In this document: positions 50,262 through 63,990 of the stretch, one piece after another | Layout of the letters: every line of letters starts with the position of its first letter | Numbering within the stretch: position 1 is the stretch's first letter | NCBI RefSeq assembly: GCF_006345805.1 | Contig: NC_043010.1 | Location: forward strand, 20,088,001 to 20,152,000 | DNA: 64,000 nucleotides | DNA from: Octopus sinensis | Taxonomy: Eukaryota | Direction of reading: 5' to 3' | The notes under the pieces: generated by a model | Seen by the model: only the letters and a program-made list of their open reading frames with translations | Databases searched by the model: none | Told to the model about the DNA's origin: nothing | Made by a program: the position numbers and the translations under genes

Positions 50262-51110
50262 TATGGCGAAGTTTCGCATGTCGTAGCACAGATTTCCGTC
50301 GATTTCCGTAAAAAACTTATTTTTTTACATAAGTAATGAGAGCGAAAGAGACTAAGAGGAAGCGATTTTACGACGAGAAGGTTTCTCTTTGAAATCGGCC
50401 TGTGTGTGTTTGATGGGGTGGGAGACAGACAGTATGTTGTGTAAGTGAAGTGCTTCTGTTAGTGTGTGTGAAGAGACAGAGAGAGTAATGTGTGAAAGAG
50501 AGAGATAACTGATTTTTTACTCGGTGTATGTGTATATGTATGTATGCATGTATGTGTGTGTGTGTGTGTGTAAGTATGTGTGTGTGTATGTATGTATGTA
50601 TGGCCGATTCATCGTAATTTTTTACTCGGTGTATGTGTATATGTATGTCTGCATGTATGTGTGTGTGTGTATGTTATGTATCTATGTATGTGTGTATGTG
50701 TATGTATGTATGGTCAATTCAGTGTAATTTTTTACTCGGTGTATGTGTATATGTATGTCTGCATGTATGTGTGTGTGTGTATGTATCTATGTGTGTGTGT
50801 GTGTGTGTAAGTATGTGTGTGTGTGTGTATGTATGTGTGTGTGTGTATGTATCTATGTGTGTGTGTGTATGTATGTATGTATGGCCGATTCATAGTAATT
50901 TTTTACTCGGTGTATGTGTATATGTATGTCTGTCTCTTCACACACACTAACAGAAGCACTTCACTTACACAACATACTGTCTGTCTCCCACACCCCATCA
51001 ATCACACACAGGCCGACTTCAAAGTGAAACCTTCTCGTCGTAAAATCGCTTCCTCTTAGTCTCTTTCGCTCTCATTACTTATGTAAAAAAATAACCGAAA
51101 CTATGCCATA
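50262..51110. mobile_element. Unclassified foldback element, copy 1
   Basis: Termini TATGGCGAAGTTTCG / CGAAACTATGCCATA; ~170-bp internal inverted arms; core of (GT)n/(GTAT)n subrepeats. Confidence 0.75.
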
Positions 51111-51266
51111 AGTATATATATATATATATGTATGTATATATATGTAAGTATATATAAATGTATGTATATATATATATATAAGTATATATAAATGTATGCA
51201 TATACATGTATATGTATATGTATGTATATATATGCATATATATGTATAAGTATATATATAAGCCAG

Positions 51267-52110
51267 TATGGCGAAGTTTCGCATGTCGTAGCACAGATTT
51301 CCGTCGATTTCCGTAAAAAACTTATTTTTTTACATAAGTAATGAGAGCGAAAGAGACTAAGAGGAAGCGATTTTACGACGAGAAGGTTTCTCTTTGAAAT
51401 CGGCCTGTGTGTGTTTGATGGGGTGTGGGAGACAGACAGTATGTTGTGTAAGTGAAGTGCTTCTGTTAGTGTGTGTGAAGAGACAGAGAGAGTAATGTGT
51501 GAAAGAGAGAGATAACTGATTTTTTACTCGGTGTATGTGTATATGTATGTATGCATGTATGTGTGTGTGTGTGTGTGTAAGTATGTGTGTGTGTATGTAT
51601 GTATGTATGGCCGATTCATCGTAATTTTTTACTCGGTGTATGTGTATATGTATGTCTGCATGTATGTGTGTGTGTGTATGTTATGTATCTATGTATGTGT
51701 GTATGTGTATGTATGTATGGTCAATTCAGTGTAATTTTTTACTCGGTGTATGTGTATATGTATGTCTGCATGTATGTGTGTGTGTGTATGTATCTATGTG
51801 TGTGTGTGTGTGTAAGTATGTGTGTGTGGTGTGTATGTATGTGTGTGTGTGTATGTATCTATGTGTTGTGTGTGTATGTATGTATGGCCGATTCATAGTA
51901 ATTTTTTACTCGGTGTATGTGTATATGTATGTCTGTCTTTCACACACACTAACAGAAGCACTTCACTTACACAACATACTGTCTGTCTCCCACACCCCAT
52001 CAATCACACACAGGCCGACTTCAAAGTGAAACCTTCTCGTCGTAAAATCGCTTCCTCTTAGTCTCTTTCGCTCTCATTACTTGTAAAAAAATAACCGAAA
52101 CTATGCCATA
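51267..52110. mobile_element. Unclassified foldback element, copy 2 (tandem duplicate, period ~1005 bp)
   Basis: Near-identical to 50262-51110, including flanks. Confidence 0.75.
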
Positions 52111-52345
52111 AGTATATATATATATGTATGTATATAATGTAAGTATATATAAATGTATATGTATTATATAGTATATATAAATGCATGTATAATGTGTATG
52201 TAATATGTATATATATATGCATATACATGTAATATGTATATATATGTATATGTATAGACATGTCTTTCTTTCCTGAGTGTCCAATAATACTTTACTTGTT
52301 CCACGTCCTCGCGTTGTTTTTTTTTTTGTTTGGAATTAACTTTAT

Positions 52346-52379
<34 letters not shown>

Positions 52380-52421
52380 ATGTATATATATAAATGTATA
52401 TTACATGTATATATATGTATG

Positions 52422-52489
<68 letters not shown>

Positions 52490-52974
52490 GGGAAGGTTTG
52501 GAGATGATGTACAGGTATTATATATTAGAAAAATTGAGGTAATCAGATCAGATGGTTCATATTTGTAGATATTTATTTATATATTACATTTTTTACATAT
52601 ATATCATATCATTCGGATTAGCGCTTGCTCCCATTCTAGTGGGTTTTCAAATCAAATCAGTTGTGGGTAGTTTGAACCTTTTTATAGTTTCGTAGTAGTG
52701 GGTGAGGAGGAATGAGACAGAGAGAAAATATGTGGTATGTGTGTGTGTGTTGTGTGCGTGTGTGTGTGTGTGTGTGCGCATTTATATCTGAGAGTGAAGA
52801 AGTGTTATTTCCGTTGGTCTGCTGGACCCCCTGTGGTTTTATAAGAACTTTGGCTGTCCATTTCAATGTCACTGAGTGTGTGTTGTGCATAGGTTGGCCT
52901 GGCAAATGTCATTTGGGGTCACACTTTCTATGATCATTCTGTGGAGGTGTGTGTTGTGTGTGTGTCTGTGTGTG

Positions 52975-53018
<44 letters not shown>

Positions 53019-53204
53019 TGTGTGTGTGTGTGTGTGTCTGTGTGTTTGGAGAAGGGGAGAGAGACAAAAAGAGAAAAGGGAAAATAAAAATAATAATAAA
53101 AAAAAAAAATAAAAAAAATAAAAAAAATAAAATAAAATAAAATAAAAACAAAAAATAAAAAATAAAATAAAAAAATATAAAGAATAAATAAAACCCCACC
53201 TACA

Positions 53205-53310
53205 AATACATAGAGAGCAACAGAGAGATAAGATTTAAAAATGGTGTCATATTCAAAGTAAATGCAGATATGAACTGCAAGACGCAGAACGTCATATACT
53301 GCATAACCGA
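53205..53310 (+). pseudogene. Penelope-like GIY-YIG endonuclease fragment
   Basis: IRFKNGVIFKVNADMNCKTQNVIYCIT matches the C-x-x-x-N-V-I-Y-x-I-x-C start of PLE GIY-YIG domains. Confidence 0.6.
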
Positions 53311-53457
53311 GGACTCTCCCCCACCCCCCTTTCGCGTGCGCGAATTTTTTTTTTCATATTCGTTCATAGGAAGTTGTTTTACACCTATTACACACATTTT
53401 TTTTTTGATTTTCTGATATTTGTTACGCCCTATATTAACCTCTTTTTCAATGGAAAG

Positions 53458-53532
53458 CTGTGCTGAAGAAGGATGTAAATATATATGGAATATATATTCT
53501 ATGTTTATAATCCAGAAACATGATGTTCACAG
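53458..53532 (+). ncRNA. Type I hammerhead ribozyme motif
   Basis: ctgtg-CTGAAGA-aggat...atcca-GAAA-catgatg-TT-cacag: 5-bp stem I, long AT-rich stem II, GUU site. Confidence 0.55.
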
Positions 53533-53849
53533 ATAACCGCCAGACTTCGTTTTCGTTATCTATTCCTTCTGTTTTGCATATGTGAATTACAGGGTTTGTC
53601 ATGCCCGGAGTCCAACTTTGATAGAAATAAGCATTCTTGACTGCTATTTCTATTTTTTCGGGTATGCGTCCAAGCAACCGTTTTGCCTGTCCCTTTTTCT
53701 TATATACAATATATATACTGAACTTTACAGAAGTTCCTGCCGGTAATCGGCTATATTTACATACCGAATTCTACCAGTAAATAATTGGGGTTTTTTTAAA
53801 GGCCTTTATAGAAATTATTTACTCTTATTATTATTATATATAATATAAT

Positions 53850-54214
53850 ATATATATATGTTTATATATATATATTATATATGTATATATATATATGTAT
53901 ATATATATATGTATATATATATATGTATATATATATATGTATATATATATATGTATATATATATATGTATATATATATATGTATATATATATATGTATAT
54001 ATATATATGTATAATATATATGTATATATATTATGTATATATATATATGTATATATATATATGTATATATATATATGTATATATATATGTGTATATATAT
54101 ATGTGTATATATATATGTATATATATATGTGTATATATATATGTGTATATATATATGTGTATATATATAGTATGTATATATATGTATGTAATATATATAT
54201 GTATATATATTATG

Positions 54215-54265
<51 letters not shown>

Positions 54266-54402
54266 GTATATATATATGTATATAATATATATATTATATA
54301 TATAGTTATTATATGTATATATATATATATATGTTTATATATATATGTATATATATATATATGTATATAATATATATGTAGGTATATATATATATATGTA
54401 TG

Positions 54403-54433
<31 letters not shown>

Positions 54434-54447
54434 GTATATATTATATG

Positions 54448-54482
<35 letters not shown>

Positions 54483-54564
54483 GATATATATTATATGTTA
54501 TATATATATATATGTATATATATATCTATGTTATATATATATATATATGTATATATATAACATG

Positions 54565-54597
<33 letters not shown>

Positions 54598-54635
54598 GTA
54601 TATATATTATATATATGTATATATATATATACATG

Positions 54636-54669
<34 letters not shown>

Positions 54670-54785
54670 CATGTATATTATACATATATATATATATACA
54701 TATGTATATATATATACATCTATATATATATACATTTGTGCAGATGTATACACACACACACATATATATATATAAACATCTTATC
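53850..54785 (+). repeat. Degenerate (TATATATG)n/(TA)n array
   Basis: Directly visible. Similar arrays at about 50040-50260 and 57380-57910. Confidence 0.95.
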
Positions 54786-55352
54786 TGTATGTATGTTGAA
54801 AATTCATAGATTTACACAATTCCAAATTTAGTGGATGAAAAAATCGGAATTAATATTGTAAATACCATAACTTTGGTTATAGGGGCATTTTTTCGGTCAA
54901 AATAACTCCCAATTACGAAAAAAAATCAATAAAACTACATACATAACCATTTTCCCCTCTAATACAATCTACTTTCCTCTTTCTACTACCATTACAAATC
55001 CTTTAAACTGCTACTTCCTGTTATGAACTTTTCCGAACGATCCAAGAAAAAAGACAGACAGAAAGGAAGGAGAAACAGCGAGAGTCAAATAAACAGACAG
55101 ACTACCAACCCTACGTAAAGACACACATATCTACACACATATATGTAGCTATAGTTACCAATGGTCTCATTCTAATTGGCAGGAATTGCAAGTTCACCTA
55201 CCATTTCCAACACCATCCTTCACCAAGTTAGCAACAAAAAAAAAATAATAAATAGTGACACATCTTTTTCAAATATGATCGACAGTCAAACATCTATTCC
55301 CTACAATCTGTGAGTTTTTTGAAAATCATTTTTAAAACACATTTACTTTCTA

Positions 55353-55398
<46 letters not shown>

Positions 55399-55449
55399 AT
55401 ATATATTCAGAAAATACTAATACATACATAGATACAAATACATACATAC

Positions 55450-56970
55450 AAATACCTGTCAGTTTATTTATTTGCCGTTTCTTATCACCCTATCTCCCTT
55501 CAGTTTTACGCATACTTTCCAAGACAATTTCTCTGTACCAATAACTTTCACCCTTTGCTGCTGTCGGCATGATATTATTGCCAGGGTTTTCAGGCAGAAG
55601 CTGGCTAAGCTAATTGATTTAATCAAAAAAGGGCAGGTTTTTGGGCCTGTTAACTGTCACATGTATACTGTTGAGTGGCAGAAGACAGGGTTGCCACACG
55701 CGCACATTTTGGTTTGGTTGGTTACCAAAATAGACCCTACAGTTCTAGATGACCTCATCACAACAGAAATCCTGGACCCCACTGTTAACCAGCAGCTGTA
55801 CGACATTGTCAAGGCACACATGGTGTGTGGTCCCAGCAATGGATATCCACTGTACCGAAGAGAGTAGCCTGAGAATGGGGGATTCACTATGACATTTCGG
55901 GGTTATCAACTTGATAATAGATGGGTGGTCCCATACTGTCCATTTCTGATGAAAATTTTCAACACTCATATAAATGTGGAGTTCTGTCATTCAATAAAAT
56001 CAATAAAGTACATATGTAAATATGTTAACAAGGGTACTCACGCTGCCATGTTCAGCCTTCAAAAGGACAAAAGCATGGACAAGGTGTCGCAGTACTTGCC
56101 AGGTTGATATATCAGCTGTGGTGAAGCTTTTTGGTGCATATTCGAGTTATATATATACATGGTTTCTTTAGGCTTTGCTGACTTGACACATTTGCCAAAA
56201 CACTTTCATACCCTCAGGTCCCGTCCTGCTATGTGTGGTCAAAGAACACCTGGGTGCATAGGAAGTCAGGTCAGGATGTTCAAGGACATCCCGGTGTCAA
56301 GTTTAACAGTTGTCTAGGAAGAGTGTGCACTGTACCTTCCAACCAGCATGAGCGTTTTCACCTGCGCCTTCTCCTCCATGACGTTTTCGGCCCACAAAGC
56401 TTTCGAGACATAAGAACTGTTGACGGTGAATTATGTGACACTTTCCAGGAAGCCTGCTTCAGACGTGGACTATTCGAGGATGATTCACAATGGGGCACCA
56501 CTATGGCAGAGGGCATTTTGTTAAAATCCCCTAAAAGACTAAGATCGCTTTTCGCTATTCTACTCGTATGCTGCGACTTGGGTGATCCCGTCTCTTTACG
56601 GCTTACCTACAAAGATTACACGTCCGAAGATTTCCTGCGTCAGACTCAATTGTTAAATCCATCAATGGTGGTTGGGTACAGTGACCTCATTTACAACAGG
56701 GTGCTGCTTGAAATCGATGATACTGTTCTCAATATGGGTGGTAGTGCGTCGGTGGTGTATGGCCTACCTTCAACAAACCTGGAAGGCGCAAACACACTGT
56801 CTTTGGATTTGCTGCGTGACACGTTATAATGTTGACGAGCTTACCCAGTACATAGCGGAGAATGAGTCAAAGCTCTTTCCACAACAGAAGTTTGCTTACA
56901 ATTCCATTATTAATTCTGTCCAGGACAAAGCTGGGGGAATTTTCCCTCGATGCTCCGACATATGGTGAGT
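55450..56970 (+). pseudogene. Helitron Rep/helicase remnant
   Basis: RHDIIARVFRQKL; VEWQKTGLPHAHIL (HUH motif); VVPYCPFL..HINVE..SIKYICKYVNKG; ERFHLRLLL...GPQSF..IRTVDG; degraded Walker A region near 56940. Confidence 0.9.
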
Positions 56971-57395
56971 AGATGCTATTGTTGTATGTTTTCAAACTTA
57001 CCTGTAATTGCTTACCCATGATTCATTCACCTATTTCCTCCATAGGGCATCTATTCTGTTTTCACGTCTGCTGCCGTTGATGGAAAACAAAGACACCGTG
57101 TTCACCTGCGAACGTTTTACACACCCTTCCAGGACTACCTACCAAATTGTTACAATTGTGAGAACAGTAAGACAGCCTTTTCAGGGCCACCTCACATTCT
57201 ATTGTTACCCCCTTCTGAGAGTGTTGCAATGCTCTTTCAAGGGCTTTCTATCCAGTTGCAAATCGATTGGTTGGCCGTAAACTTATATCAATCTTTGCCT
57301 CAATAATCATAATTGAGTAGAATCATTAAGAGTATTTTACAGCAATTAAGCCCCAAGCAACGCCGGGCTCTTCTGCTAGTAATATATAATATGTA

Positions 57396-57447
<52 letters not shown>

Positions 57448-57587
57448 GTATATATATTATATATGTATATATATATTATATATGTATATATATATTATAT
57501 ATGTATATATATATTATATATATATATATATATTATATATGTATATATATATTATATACTATATATATATTATATACATATATATAT

Positions 57588-57629
<42 letters not shown>

Positions 57630-57914
57630 ATATATTATATGAATATATATATATTATATGTATATATATATATTATATGTATATATATAATTATATGTAT
57701 ATATATATATTATATGTATATATATATATTATATGTATATATATATATTATATGTATATATATATTATTATATGTATATATATATATATGTATATATATA
57801 TTTATGTATATATATATATATATATGTGTATATATATATTATATGTGTATATATTATATATATATATATACATATGTATATATATATATATATGTATATA
57901 TATATTATATATCA

Positions 57915-58180
57915 GCCTCGCCTGGCCCCGTGCCGGTGACACGTAAAAGCACCATCCGTTCGTGGCCGTTTGCCAGCTCTGTCTGGCACCTGTGCGGGTG
58001 GCACGTAAAATGCACCCACTACACTTACGGAGTGGTTGGCGTTAGGAAGGGCATCCAGCCGTAGAAACACTGCCAGATCTGACTGGGCCTGATGAAGCCT
58101 TCCAGCTTCACAGACCCCAGTTGAACCGTCCAACCCATGCTAGCATGGAAAGCGGACGCTAAATGATGATGATGATGATA
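57915..58180 (+). mobile_element. RTE-type LINE 3' tail
   Basis: Same tail as 2600-2902. Confidence 0.75.
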
Positions 58181-58504
58181 TATATGTATGTATATATGTG
58201 AGATAATAGTTTCACTTTAATAGTTTCAGTATTAAAGTGAAAGTATCTGACATTACAATAGAGAGATGTTATTGTTTCACTTTTGACACTTAATACTGAA
58301 ATAGTGGAGAAGATATTATGTTGCTGTGGGCTCGCACTAGGTAAGAAGTTAAAACTTTTTTTGGCCTATGACACTACAAGGACCCTAAGTAAGGCATGTG
58401 TAAAGTTTGAATGAAATTGGTTGTGTAGTTCTCAAGTTTTAGGGATTCACACAAACACAGACAGACAGACACACATTCTCATCTTTATATATATAGATAT
58501 ATAT

Positions 58505-58810
58505 ATAAAAAATTTTTCGTAATGAGATAAAAAAACCAAGGCTGTGTAGATTTTTGAACATTTATAGATAGAAGGTCTTACAGTTGTTTCCAGGATATTT
58601 ATTATATCCCTTCATCGGAGACGGTGTGAGAGGATGGTTAAGAAATAGTTTAATTTAGATAAGATATAAAATAGAGAGTGAGGTGGAGGAAATAGACATG
58701 AGATATGTAGGGATATTGCATTTGTAGATCCATTTTTTTTTAGGCAGAATGGTATACATATAAGATTCCAGTACCTTATGAGTAAAATCCAATAGTATTT
58801 AAAATTGGTG
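58505..58810 (-). mobile_element. Penelope-like pseudo-LTR fragment, second copy, with a decayed hammerhead (58575-58622)
   Basis: Near-identical to 3940-4290; stem III reads caactg instead of palindromic cagctg. Confidence 0.6.
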
Positions 58811-58859
58811 TAGCATATTATCAAATGCAGTATGTCAAAATATTGAGCCAAGCAAGCAT

Positions 58860-59812
58860 AGAAGACAGGTGTTAAATGATGTTACATAAGACATGGACTC
58901 TCAATGCCAAAGATAAGCTCAGAGAAGTGGATGTGCAATGTCAGTGTGCTGCATGTACAGCAAGATGCTGGTGCATTGTGAGAAAGTTAAACATAAGAGG
59001 AATTAGTTGCAGTGTATAGGAGAGAAGACTGTGCTGGTACGGTCACGGGGTACATATGGATAAGGGCAGTTGCATTGCCCTCACATGTCTACCATAGCCC
59101 CCATGAACCATTCCTATATTTCTCACCATCACTTGCTACAGTTACCTCCACCACATCTCCAACCATTTCTCCTCACACTCTCATGAAACTTCACCATTTA
59201 TCCCATCCTGCCTATTCACCCTGTACACAGAATAAGCACCATTCAAGCGTGGGTCGATGCCAGTGCCACCAGACTGGCACCCGTGCTGGTGGCACAGAAT
59301 AAGCACCATTCAAGCGTGGGTCGATGCCAGTGCCACCTGACTGGCACCCGTGCTGGTGGCACAGAATAAGCACCATTCAAGCGTGGGTCGATGCCAGTGC
59401 CACCAGACTGGCACCCGTGCTGGTGGCACAGAATAAGCACCATTCAAGCATGGGTCGATGCCAGTGCCACCTGACTGGCACCCGTGCTGGTAGCATGTAA
59501 TAAGCACCATTCAAGCATGGGTCAATGCCAGAGCTACCTGACTGGCTCCCCATGCTGGTGGTGCATAAAAGGCACTATACAAATGTAGTCAATGCAAGTC
59601 TTCCCCCCCGCGCCTGACTGGTTCCTGTGCCGGTGGCACATTAAAAACACCCACCACATGCTCAGAGTGGTTGGTGTTAGGAAGGGCATCCAGCTGTAGA
59701 AACCTTGCCAGATCAGATTGGAGCCTGGTACAGCCTACTTGCTTGCAAGTCCCCAGTCAAACCGTCCAACCCATGCCAGCATGGAAAACGGACGTTAAAT
59801 GATGATGATGAT
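58860..59812 (+). mobile_element. RTE LINE 3' fragment with expanded 67-bp tandem units in its tail
   Basis: RTE C-terminal remnant (LCWYGH); unit cagaataagcaccattcaagcgtgggtcgatgccagtgccacc..actggcacccgtgctggtggca repeated about 4.5 times at 59228-59540. Confidence 0.75.
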
Positions 59813-59818
59813 ATATGC

Positions 59819-59855
<37 letters not shown>

Positions 59856-60515
59856 GGTGCATATGTATGTATATGTGTGGATATATGTATATAAGTCCAT
59901 CCCCTCACAAACAGTTGCTAGAAAATACAGTATTGTTGAGGTTGAGAGTTTACAAACCTTTTAGTGAATGTGAAATAATTCTCTGTGCTTAAAGATCCAC
60001 CATTCTAGAATCAATCTACCAAAGTTTATAATGAAATGGATTTGGATGGTTTTAGTTCAACAAACCCCCTCAGTACTGCTAACCTCTGCATTATCCATCT
60101 ACATAGAGTTCCTTACACAACAGCTTTTGTAGCTTGCTTCCATTCTCCACAGATGTCACAGCCTTCCAAGTGTCCGTATATTTGTTATTTTGAAGAGAAA
60201 TATTTGTTGTACATCGTCTGCTTTTTACTGTACAGTGAAATGATTTTCTTCCGTTTTAGGCCAAGAAAATAGGTACTATATCTATCCAACTGCTTTGGTC
60301 AGTGGCAACTGGTTGCAACTAAAGGATGTGGTCAAGACATGTAATGGATGTGATGCTAGGAATCTATTCTCTGATTTTAAAGCATAATTCTTTAACCTGA
60401 CCTCATATATAGGTTTCAAATTTTGGCACAGGGCCAACAATTTTTTGGAAAAGGGTTTGGTGATTATTGGATTATATTGAACCCAGAATTTGACTGGTAC
60501 TTTATTGTATCAAGG

Positions 60516-60908
60516 ACTAGCAGTATCACCTGGCGTTGCTCAGGTTTGTTTCAACCCTTTAGAATTGGAATTTTTGAAAAGTAAAAATTTTGCATTATAT
60601 AGCTTGTTATTCTCTTTAAGTGAACATTTTTCTGGTTGAAATACACCGAAAAATGGCAACACAGCAGTAAAAAAATCGAAAAAAATAGGGATTTTCATAG
60701 AAAAAAGCACTTTTTTGATGTAAATAATTTTTGGTGTTAACATTGTCCAATTTGAATTTTTTCTTCTACGGAAGGAAGAGCAAGTCTTCTTCTATCATAC
60801 TCTCAATTTTGGTCAACTTGCGCCACAGGGTCTCAGAGGAGATAGTGTTAGTTGAAGGCTACCAAACCTGCCATACACAGACAACTTCAGCTTTATATAT
60901 ATAGAGAT
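60516..60908 (+). mobile_element. Helitron/DINE-like non-autonomous element
   Basis: actagcagtatcacctggcgttgctcagg start and acagacaacttcagctttatatatatagagat end. A similar 3' end lies at about 58400-58498. Confidence 0.4.
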
Positions 60909-61619
60909 GAAAGGCAAAGTTAACCTTGGTGGGATTTGAACTCAAAACACAAAGCCAGATGAAATGCTGCCGATCACTTTGGCACAGTAATGACTGAGTT
61001 ACCTCACACCCCAGCAACAATGATTGTGGGGTACAAGGGTGTGGCTTAGTTGATTACCTCAACCCCAGAAGATTATTTACTGGTAATTCTTTTTATCAAG
61101 CTCTGAAAGGATGAAAGATAAAGTTGACCTCGATGGAATTTGAACTCAGATCAAATGAAGTGTCACTAAGTAATTTGTCCAGTTTGCTAACGATTCACCT
61201 CTTCAGCCTCACCTTATACATCTGGGGATAAACTACCACTGGCTTTGCTCTTATGCTGAATTTGTTCAAGCAGTTTATCCAATTCAAGTAGGATTTTTGT
61301 ATCCAATCCTAGGGTCATCTGTGTATGTTCACAATGTTGCTCTCGGTTTTAGTTTGTTGTTCCCAGTAAGGAACTGTTTGCATTTTTAAGGTAATTCCTA
61401 TAAGCATCATCATCATCATCGTCATCATTTAACATTTGTTGTGCATGTTGGCACGGGCTGGACAGTTTGACAAGGGTCAGTAAGCTGAGGGAACGCACCA
61501 GACTCTAGTCTGACTTGGCATGGTTTTCTACAGCTGGATGCCCTTCCTAATGCCAACCATTTTACAGAGTGTAATGGGTGCTTTTGTGTACCACCGGCAC
61601 AAAAAGGTGATCGTAGTAT

Positions 61620-63990
61620 ATACCTCAGCAAAATACATATTTTAAATATTTGACCGAAATTTGTATACTTGTATAGCTTCATAAATTCCTTGTCTGTTCA
61701 CAGGCATTAATTTCAAATGTGTTTAAAAGACATTTTGTTAAGGATCTGAACTGAGCATTTTAATCTTCTTTGTTCTGTTGTTATCTTCAATAGAACTATT
61801 GACACATTCAGGCATAGAATTACAATAGTTCTTCTACACTTCAGCCATTTCTTTCACACTTCTTTTTTTCTTCGCTGTGATAAATTTCCGATTTTTCTAC
61901 ATTCTAACCTCATTTTATAGTCCTCATCATCATCATCGTTTAACATTTGCTCTTGTGCCTGCTTTTTAAACTTGAAAGACAAATCTCACAAACAGCTCAT
62001 GTAGAAAATTTATTGCAGTTGAGGAGGTTGGCTTTTTATATTTACAAATTTCTGGCCACTTAGAGAAACTATCTACTACCACTAAGCAGTATGAACTGTT
62101 TAAGGGATCAGCAAAATCGATGTGTAGTCTCGAACACAGAATGTCTAATTTGGCTATCTATGCATTAAAGCTTTCATCCTCAGCATACCAGGATATCCAA
62201 CAGGTAATTTCAGTGTTTCAGGTATTGCTATTCTCTGTGCATACATCAACATGCCATCACAAATTGCGTATAGGTTCATGTCTTGGTTTCATTTTGCACC
62301 AGTCCTGCTCCTATTTACTTCTCCTCACCACAGTATTCTTTTAATTTCTGTTATTTGTCCTTTACTGCATTTTGTTTTATGTCTTCTAGGGCTACCAGTA
62401 ATTCATGTACCACATTCCACTTTTTATTTCTCCTTTTGATCTTAAAGCTGTGATTGCTGTATCTTCAAATGGCTTGCAGTGTTTCGGTATCGGTCTGGAC
62501 AAACCATCCATATGCCCTAGTTTTTTTTATGGTAAATATTCCATTTTGTAGTCACAATTCAATAATGTAGTGCCCCATCGCTGTAGTCTATTTGCTGTGT
62601 GTGTAGGCATTCCCTTTTTAGACCCATATATTAACAGTAATGGGCGATGATCCTTTTGTAGATAGAAACTTTTTCCATGAATAAATCTATGGAATTTTTT
62701 CACACCAAATATTATTGCTAATGCTTCCTTTTCTATCTGGCTAAAGTTCCTTTCAGCTGGTAATAATGATTGTGATACCTGAGCTATAACCTTTTTACTC
62801 CCATTGCCATATTTGTGCAGAAGCATGGCTCCTACACTGTAATCACTTGCATCTCTGTAGCCAATATAATATCCAACTTCAGACGAAAATGCATTAATGA
62901 TAAGTTCAATGTTAAAACATTTTTTAATTTGTCAAATGCCTCATTGCACTTATCAGTCCAGCACCATTTTGCATTTTTCTTTAGCAAATCATTTAGCGGG
63001 GCCTTTACGTTGTGTATATTGGGAATGTAAATTTGGTAGTAATTTACTAAACCCAAGAATACTTGTAGCAGAGTCACATTATTCGGTGTGGGCATATTTT
63101 TCATCGCAGTTACTTTGGATGGATCTGGTTTCTGTCCATTTTTATCCATTATCTGGCCCAAATATTTAATTTTCTTCTGAAAGAACTTGTATTTTACTTC
63201 ACTTATCTTGAAGCTGCATTCTCTTATTGTTTCAGATACCCTTTTAGCATGTTCTACATGTTCATTTGGTTTGCTTTTTATTAGGATATCCTCTAAAGAA
63301 ACAATAGCAAAATCACAGTCACCCAGCATTGTAACCATTACTTGCGGAAATATGGAAGGAGCCACTTTTACACTAAAGGGAAGCCACTTAAATTTAAATA
63401 AGCCAGAGTGTGTATTAATGGCCAATAAGTGTGAGTATCCTTCTACTTTGATTTGTAGACCTGCCTTTGAGAGGTCTAATTTTGAGAAGTTCCCTCTATT
63501 CAATTTTGTGAATACTTGCTCAGGACTCAGCAATGGGTAATTATGTGAGATTAAGCAATCATTTAACCCCATTGAAAAATCTGCACAAACTCTTAACTTA
63601 TTATTTTCTTTTTCACGTAGACCGTAGGTACTATCCAATCTGAGTGGTCCATCTTCTTAATTATTCCTAGGCTTTCAAGTCTTTCAAATTCCTTATTTTC
63701 CTGTTCTAGCACTGCAAACGGTACATTCCATTTTGGCTTAAATACAGGTGTTTCACTTTGTATTACTGCAATTTTTGCCTTCATTTTCGTGCAGCAGCCC
63801 AGTTCATCTGAGAAAACCTCTGGAAATAAATGTTTTATTTTTCATTTCAGCTGCATTTGAACCTTCGACTGAACTGACTATATTCCCCACAAAACGCTTA
63901 TGGGCATATCCCACAATTTGAACAGTTCCATCCACTCTATGCCGAATAGATTCACTGAATTTTTTAACACGTATACTACTTTTGCTGTTT
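61620..63990 (-). pseudogene. Gypsy pol remnant (RT, RNase H, integrase)
   Basis: PVFKPKWNVPFA; RVCADFSMGLN; FSKLDLS; LPFSVKVAPSIF; SQIEKEALAIIFGVKKFHRFIHG..DHRPLL; degraded integrase core at about 61950-62330. Confidence 0.9.

Noticed and set aside
50022-57946. Many Y/I/M/C/V-rich ORFs
   Set aside because: Translations of (TA)n, (TG)n and (TATG)n arrays.
58087-58115. CTGATGA motif
   Set aside because: No GAAA or stems; it is a mutated position within the RTE tail.
59228-59540. 67-bp periodic array resembling CRISPR
   Set aside because: Whole units are near-identical with no unique spacers; it is part of an RTE 3' tail.
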